Source: Adineta vaga (taxonomy: Eukaryota > Animalia > Rotifera). From it: 64,000 nt of DNA. A program made the translations under genes and the position numbers. The notes beneath the pieces were generated by a model. The model ran no database searches. It saw nothing but the letters and a program-made list of their open reading frames with translations, and was not told the origin of the DNA. Position 1 is the first letter of the stretch, and every line of letters begins with the position of its first letter. The stretch lies in contig CP075495.1 in assembly GCA_021613535.1 (NCBI GenBank), positions 7,626,001 through 7,690,000 of the forward strand, read 5' to 3'. Of the stretch, positions 57,499-64,000 are shown one piece after another.

Positions 57499-58305
57499 AT
57501 GCATATTATATTTCTCTTTCTCGTTATTGTATCCGCTGTCTCACAATATCAATGTGATATATTATCATGCAGGTTTGTATTATTTGATGTGCTCATTTTT
57601 CTTATCGTCTATCTAAAATCCCATCTCTATTTTTAAGAACCGACTGTTCTACAAATTATCCATGTTGGAAAGAAACTCTTGCTTATCATTCATCAGAAAT
57701 AGTACATCAATTATTTTCATTTGGTAATCTTGCTGTTTATGTCGATAATTTTCAACGCAATCATGAGTCTGAAGTTTGTTACATACATATTATTTGAATT
57801 TTACTTGTTTTAGTACTAAACTATTCGATTAACATTTATGTAGGTAAGCAAGGGCGAAAATGATAGTCACATAGAATTGATTGAAAAAGCTCTTGAAAAT
57901 CATTTGTCGAACGAAGTAAATGCTAGTAATCTACCATTGAGTTTATTCGAAGAAACGAAACTTCTCATTTTCAATTATGTAAGAAGTAAATGATTCAGGT
58001 CATATTGTTTAGATACTTTTGTCTTGTAGTGTACTGATTTAACATTGACAGAAATTGAATCCGTTGAAGACCTTCCACTATTACAATGTTCACAATCGAC
58101 ATGTTCATCGGATACAATGAATCTAATGGTACTTTTCATCATTAGTGTGCTTATTGGTGGATTTGTGGTTATCATGTTTATTGTTGAATCTTGCCAAATT
58201 TTACATCAAAGAAAAATAGCAAAAACGTTTATGGGATCTGCGAGATCACCAGATGTATATAAGATTAATAATCCAATTTTTGACATTCAAACAACTCGAT
58301 TTTAA
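57499..58305 (+). CDS. Uncharacterised small type I membrane protein (X1), 4 exons, 206 aa
   Basis: Exons 57499-57572, 57638-57773, 57844-57978 and 58030-58305 splice in frame via GT-AG introns. Signal peptide, SCRTDCSTNYPCWKET, helical ectodomain, C..CSQSTC, TM, and a tail ending NNPIFDIQTTRF*. Confidence 0.8.
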
Positions 58306-59496
58306 TATAGAATTTTCACGAAGAATGTAGTTTTATTATAACAAAAGATGTACTAATAATGTCTCATAGCAGATTCTTTTAAGTATCTTCGTTGTTTGCT
58401 TGAAACTATATAGCGTTAGCAGATAATATTTGCAATGAACTGATGTATATACATACAATATCAATAATGAGTTAATTTTGAGAAAACAGAGAAATAATTA
58501 TCCTTAAAACACAGTCGTTCTTTATCAAACGATAATTGTATGAATATAATAACATGCTAAGTGCTTCTAATAGTATAGGTTTTACAAAAGTATCATTTTG
58601 AATACATTGCAGATATGAAACTATCAATTAAATGGAACATGTAATGACATGTCTGATGGATCAAATTCATAGACAAATGGTTGGATGTCAATTTTTCAAA
58701 TATAATTCACAAAATGTTCACAAAAAATATCTCTCGAACCTAAGAAGATAATACTTTTCATTTCTCTACTCCTATGATAACATCTCATAATACTATGAAA
58801 AAATTCTTACCACTGAATATCGCACCATTCTGGGATCTATTGACCTGAAAAGAATTACTAACATAAATTTGCAATTGATAATTCTTTGGACTTCTTGTAT
58901 ATTCTATTAATTTCTATTCTTATAAACATATTGATGGCTACCTGTTGTTTTTTTTCAATTATCCAATGAATATTTTCGATTAACATCTATTTTTCATTGT
59001 CTAATTATCATTGACATTGTTTTATTATTTTTTTGAAGAGACTTCTCAACAATATTCTCAATGTCTTCACTAAACTGAAGGATATTAACAAAAAAAATAT
59101 CCATAAGGTCACCACTGTCTACTTTCCTTGTTTCTTCGTTTCGGTTTCTTTTACCAGACACTTTATTTATTCGAAATATTTTCTTTTATGAATATACATT
59201 ATCTGTTCTCAGTATACTTCAATGATGCCCATGAATATATACATATGATGAAGAGTAATTTCCTTCAGATGTAGATAGAACAAATGATAATGTTTCCTGC
59301 AGTCACAGTTCGTTTTCGATGTTATGAATAGGGAGAAATACTGTAAAAAAATCAAGGATGACAATGAGAATTGAGAGAAAACACCCAAATACAACATGAG
59401 AAATTGACATTGATCACAAGAGACTAATTTTCCACAGAAGAATTCTATATAACGCAGTGTAAAACGTTCTCCACTTCGTTATTAATTTTTCTCAAC

Positions 59497-60513
59497 ATGA
59501 AGCCTCATGTAAACGTATCAAGGATCAGATATCCTCAGCCACCGATTTTTCCGACAGCGGTTCCAGAAATGAACGAACAAAGTTCATCCAAGATGATTGT
59601 TATCATTGTTGTTGTAGTTGTTGGATCATTTCTATTTCTTGGTACACTTGCTATTGCACTCGGTCTTGGACTCGGCTTTGGTCTCAAAGAACCATCGAAT
59701 CCAGTTTCCCCAAAACTTCTTCCAACTACTCCAGCATGCAAACTATTGTTAGGTAAACAAGGTTGTGCACCAACTATCCCAACAACTTTATCCTCTACTA
59801 CTGCAGCTAAAACTACAACAACAATAACAACAAGTATATCATTAACAACGACGTTCATCACAACTACACCCGAATCTAACAATTGGCCATTCATTGTAGC
59901 TCTCTACTTGCGCAATCAAAAGATTTGCACCGGTTTTCTTCTTACCAATCGACATGTCATCACATCAGCTACTTGTGTCTACAATCTCGATGAAACTGCA
60001 ATAGCTATCTATTTTGGTACCAACATTCTGTCAAACAAAAACAATCGATTTAAACGTACTATTTCAAGTGTTGCGTATCCATCGACATATCGAAAAGGTC
60101 GAACAATCGATGATATTGCTGTTCTTACGCTCGCAAGAAATGTGACAATGAGCTCAACAGTTGGTGTTTGTTCAATTTCGAAAAGTATACTGATTCCACA
60201 AGTGGATGATGAAGGTATTGTGGTTGGTTGGAATGAAGCATCATCTTCTGAGAAACTTCAAGAAGCCGATATTCGAGTTGAAAATCCATCAACATGTGGT
60301 TTATCAACAGAAACCGAAAGTCAGTTTTGTAGTAGTTATAGAGATAACGATAAATGTATCGATGACCAAGGACGTGCATTATTGATTCGTAGAAATAATC
60401 AATGGGTATGTGCTGGAATTGCAATTGATGATACATTCAGATGCAGATCAATTGGAATCTATACTCGAATCGGATATTACTATGAATTTATCATGAATTC
60501 AATAAAACGATGA
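59497..60513 (+). CDS. Type II membrane trypsin-like serine protease homologue, catalytically inactive (SPH2), 338 aa, single coding exon; paralogue of 55674-57056
   Basis: Same architecture as SPH1 with a shorter stalk. TSATC lacks the His and CIDDQGRAL lacks the Ser. Confidence 0.88.
   Translation: MKPHVNVSRIRYPQPPIFPTAVPEMNEQSSSKMIVIIVVVVVGSFLFLGTLAIALGLGLGFGLKEPSNPVSPKLLPTTPACKLLLGKQGCAPTIPTTLSSTTAAKTTTTITTSISLTTTFITTTPESNNWPFIVALYLRNQKICTGFLLTNRHVITSATCVYNLDETAIAIYFGTNILSNKNNRFKRTISSVAYPSTYRKGRTIDDIAVLTLARNVTMSSTVGVCSISKSILIPQVDDEGIVVGWNEASSSEKLQEADIRVENPSTCGLSTETESQFCSSYRDNDKCIDDQGRALLIRRNNQWVCAGIAIDDTFRCRSIGIYTRIGYYYEFIMNSIKR
59826..60309 (+). repeat. 484-bp direct repeat, copy 2 (copy 1 at 56366-56849)
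   Basis: Near-identical to 56366-56849. Confidence 0.92.
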
Positions 60514-62195
60514 AGATAGACGAAACTATACCGTGTGTTTTATAATGTTACTATTTGCTATTTGAGTGTTGTGATGAGAATATTTTTCTTTTATGGAAAA
60601 GATTAGGTGATGGGTTTTTGTTTTTATGAAATATATTTAATTGGATTAGAAAGATATTGTTTTCACCATGATAAATACGAGAAGAACGATGTAGAAAATT
60701 GTCTAATTCATAGAAAATGATGCATATCAGCGATGAAGAAAAAAAATATGTGTTTCAAAGAATCGTTTCACGTCTGTCTAAACGAGAATAAAAAAAGAAT
60801 GTCTTCTTTTTGAAAAAAAATATTTTAGCATATAGAAATAGAAGAAACATATATTGATAATATATATTCTTTGCTTGTTGTCCGTCATGCTATGCTTCAC
60901 CTAAGATTTTTCATATTTCCGTTAATAAGAGAAATGTTCTGTAATGGGAACTACATTAAGTGTTTGCTGAATATTTCCCATCGGGTAGAAGAGAAAATCA
61001 ACAGATAGTGTTTAGGTTTTTTTTACTTTCCACTCGTGAATGTTAAAGGAGAAAAAAAATTTCTTTCGAAGGAGTGTTCTATTTCTTTTTCTAAACATTA
61101 TTTTAAAAAAATGCTTCTATATATGTGAAGAATGTAAAATGTATTCATTGAAAATGGTGAATTCGTAATATGTTTCAAGGCCAGGTATAAAAACTGCATT
61201 TAATAAATGATGTAGTACTATGAATTCCCTCAGTTATCAATATATTCATGAATTACAGTTCGATTATATTCAATTGTTGAGATTACCCTTGGATAAAAAC
61301 GAAAAGTTGGACTCGATAAAAGTACTCTTACGTTAGCAAAGATGTTCTTTCTTTCGGCTTGGCAAAACGAAATGAAAAGGTATGTCGATTCTTTCTTTTA
61401 TGAAGAAAAGTGAAGTAATAACGATATCAGTTATGAGATATCTACAGTATCATGATATCATCTTTCAGGATTTCTCTCTTATTTACTTCCATATTTTACC
61501 GTTGCGTCAAATACCATTTATACATATACACACACCTTTATGATCTATATACCTTGACATTTATCTTGAGATATCGATGCAAATTTGTTTTTCTTTTCAT
61601 GAAGATTTCATTTCGTTTTTTTTCTGTTTCTTATTATGTCTCGTTTCAAAATATCAATCTAAATCAGTACTATACAGGTTTGTAATATACCCTTTCGTTC
61701 ATAAAAACACGTCTTTTTTTTTGTAATAACTGTTTAAATTGTTAGTTCTCAGCGGATTTATAATATCGAAGTTTGTCGCACATTTTTTTGCCTGTCTTTT
61801 TTTCTTGTTTTCGTCTGTGATTATTCATATAGGTAAACAATAACAGTAGTAGCGACAGTATATTATTGATGGATAAAGCCCTAGAAAAATTATTCATCGA
61901 ACGAAATGTTCGTTAGTAACCTAACATTGAATTTTATCGAAGAGAAAGAGAATCTTACTTTTTCTTGTTGTAACTAAAATATGTATGCGAAATTCATATT
62001 ATACGAAGTTTTCTACTACATACATATCAGATTGTCGAATAGAACAAATATCATTGTAATATTATTTAATGATACTAATTAAAATATCGAAGTAACTATA
62101 TTTGTTCGATCTGATTTCTTTCATTCCTTTTAGGAAGATGAGTGAAATAGAAATCAATTTTGTTTCCTTTTTCATATTTACTATAGATTTATAAA

Positions 62196-62904
62196 ATGCA
62201 TTTTCATATTATCGTATGTTGGACATTTCTTTGTATATTACTACCGGTTTCAGGTCGTCGAGACTTGTTTGATACAAAATGCACGTAAGATAGTTTGTAA
62301 ATCATTATTAAATTTAATGAAATAACTATCACTAGACGTGAATGTAATACTGTAGAAGGTTCACTTGCTTGTTGGACAGCAACGACAGACGGTTTTGCTT
62401 ATGGTCTATCGACAGCTATGATTGATTTTTGTCAAGTAATACTCAAAGTTCGTGAACTTGCCAATGAAACAGTAAGTTCAATTAAAATCTAGATTTTGCT
62501 TTTTATTTATTTCCCTTCATAAAAAAAACAGGAATCGTGGTATAACATTAGTCGTAATATTCTAATGAAACAAATTGAAAACTATGAACTTGAAGAAGTT
62601 CGACAATTAAAAAAATCAGATATCGAAGCAATTGCCATTTCATTATTAAATAAAGTAAAATTTATTCATTGAATATATATATATATTTTGAAATTCTTCT
62701 ATGTAGTGTTATAACGCTTCATCACTTATCAATTCATTTGAACCACCATGTCCATCATGTACTAATGAACAAAATAAATTAATAAAACAATGGCAAGTTT
62801 CATCGATTGTTATATATTCTATTGGTTTATTTCTTGTTATAATTGTTTTACTTTTATACTTTTTATATACGTATTATGTTCGTCGTTCATATGTAACTAT
62901 TTAA
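62196..62904 (+). CDS. Uncharacterised small type I membrane protein (X2), 4 exons, 181 aa; distant paralogue of 57499-58305
   Basis: Exons 62196-62284, 62336-62471, 62532-62654 and 62707-62904 splice in frame. Signal peptide, KCTRECNTVEGSLACWTAT, helical ectodomain, C..CPSC, TM, and a tail RRSYVTI*. Absent from the ORF track. Confidence 0.8.
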
Positions 62905-63225
62905 AAAGAAGAAACTCATTTCTTTCTTGATTAGTATTGATATTTTTTCTACGGAGAAAAAGAATGAAATCAATGAATAGTAAGCTTTGTTTTTTTCTTT
63001 CTCTTTGGCCAAAAAAAAATAGAGCGCAAGCGAAAAGACATGAAAAAAAAGAACTGAAATCAACAAAACAAAGAAAAAGAAACAGAAACTGAAGAGAATA
63101 AGTGGGAAAGGGTCAGACTGAAAGAGAAAAGAAGAACTTTGTTGAAAATGTAGAAAGAGAAAGAGTTGTAGAAGAAGAAGAAGAAGAAGAAGAATCGTCA
63201 CAGATTTTTTATACATTTCCTTCTG

Positions 63226-64000
63226 CTATTCACATTCAAAATTAGGTACAACAGCATCTTCTTTAGTTGCCATATCATTAGTAGCAGTAGTATTCATACA
63301 ACTAATATTATTATTCGATAAAATTAAATCTTCATTAATAATTGAATTTGATACGGCTGTACTCATTGATAATGTCGATGCACTTCTATCACCACCAAAC
63401 CAAACATGTCCAAGAATATCTTGTGTCAAAAGACGTTCATCCGGTTTAACACGTATTAATGATCGAAGTAATGATCGTGCTTTTAATGAAATTGTTCGAG
63501 GTATATCAGGTCGACAACGACCTATTTTAATAAACAAACCCACTAAAGTTCGATCACAAAATGGATAACGACCAAAAAGCATTGTATATAAAATTATTCC
63601 TAAAAATGAAGTTTAATTCTTCTTCATAAGATATAATTTAAGATAGAAAGTGTACCTAAACTCCATGAATCAGCCATTTTGCCTGAATATGTTTGTCGAT
63701 TAAGAACTATTTCAGGACATGCATAAACCGGACAAGAAAAACGTGATGAAACATGATCATCAGTTGCTGTTGGAGTTGCAAGCATAATTGCTTCATCAAT
63801 TCCCGTTAATAATAAATGTGTATGTGTTTGATCTTGAAAAATAATTTTACGTAATTTTAAATCACGTACAATTAATCCCACACGATGACATATTTGTACG
63901 GCACGAACAATTTGAGAAAATAAATTTCTGGATTCATTTTCATGTAAACGATGTTTCTCTGTTATATATTGATGAAGATTATTCGTATAATTTGGATAAA
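63226..64000 (-). CDS. TRIB: Tribbles-family pseudokinase, 5' end outside the window
   Basis: CHRVGLIVRDLKLRKIIF (Tribbles LRDLKLRKF signature), SCPVYACPEIV, YSGKMADSWSLG, intron 63600-63655, LYTMLFGRYPF, ILGHVWF and C-terminal EDAVVP. Confidence 0.85.

Noticed and set aside
58600-59400. Minus-strand splice-like signals and a short open stretch (RINKVSGKRNRNEETRK...) between X1 and SPH2
   Set aside because: No continuous frame or recognisable homology. It could be a pseudogene relic or lncRNA, but that cannot be supported from sequence alone.
62887-63216. 109-aa Phe/Leu-rich ORF
   Set aside because: It derives from an A/G-rich low-complexity tract in the Tribbles 3' UTR region, convergent with X2.
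1-64000. Horizontally acquired or prokaryotic genes, transposons, rRNA/tRNA
   Set aside because: All recognisable genes belong to metazoan families. I saw no transposase or RT motifs, terminal repeats or structured RNA genes by eye; tRNAscan and RepeatModeler were not run.

Overview
This is AT-rich, gene-dense metazoan genomic DNA with many 50-65 nt GT-AG introns. The style resembles a bdelloid rotifer, but that is inference only. There are no prokaryotic features, rRNA, tRNA, CRISPR arrays or recognisable transposons. Manual splicing gives 11 gene loci, in order: (1) UBR3-like E3 ligase (-, runs off the left edge), head-to-head with (2) HPS1 (+); (3) a 3-exon Ly6/uPAR three-finger gene (-) missed by the ORF track; (4) a discoidin domain receptor whose kinase has lost DFG (-); (5) SMYD4 (-); (6) a ~28 kb dystrophin locus (-); (7-10) an alternating A-B-A'-B' cluster (+) of two catalytically dead, membrane-anchored trypsin homologues and two small type I membrane proteins of a family I cannot name; (11) a divergent Tribbles pseudokinase (-, runs off the right edge). 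The strongest leads are three. First, the A-B-A'-B' cluster, whose protease homologues share an apparent gene-conversion tract. Second, the dystrophin rod is interrupted by a non-dystrophin exon ending in a stop, followed by a fresh ATG exon, which suggests gene fission or separate N-half and C-half products. Third, the DDR is a probable pseudokinase. All exon models are read by eye from splice signals and reading frame and have no transcript support. Family assignments rest on motifs recalled from memory, not on database searches.
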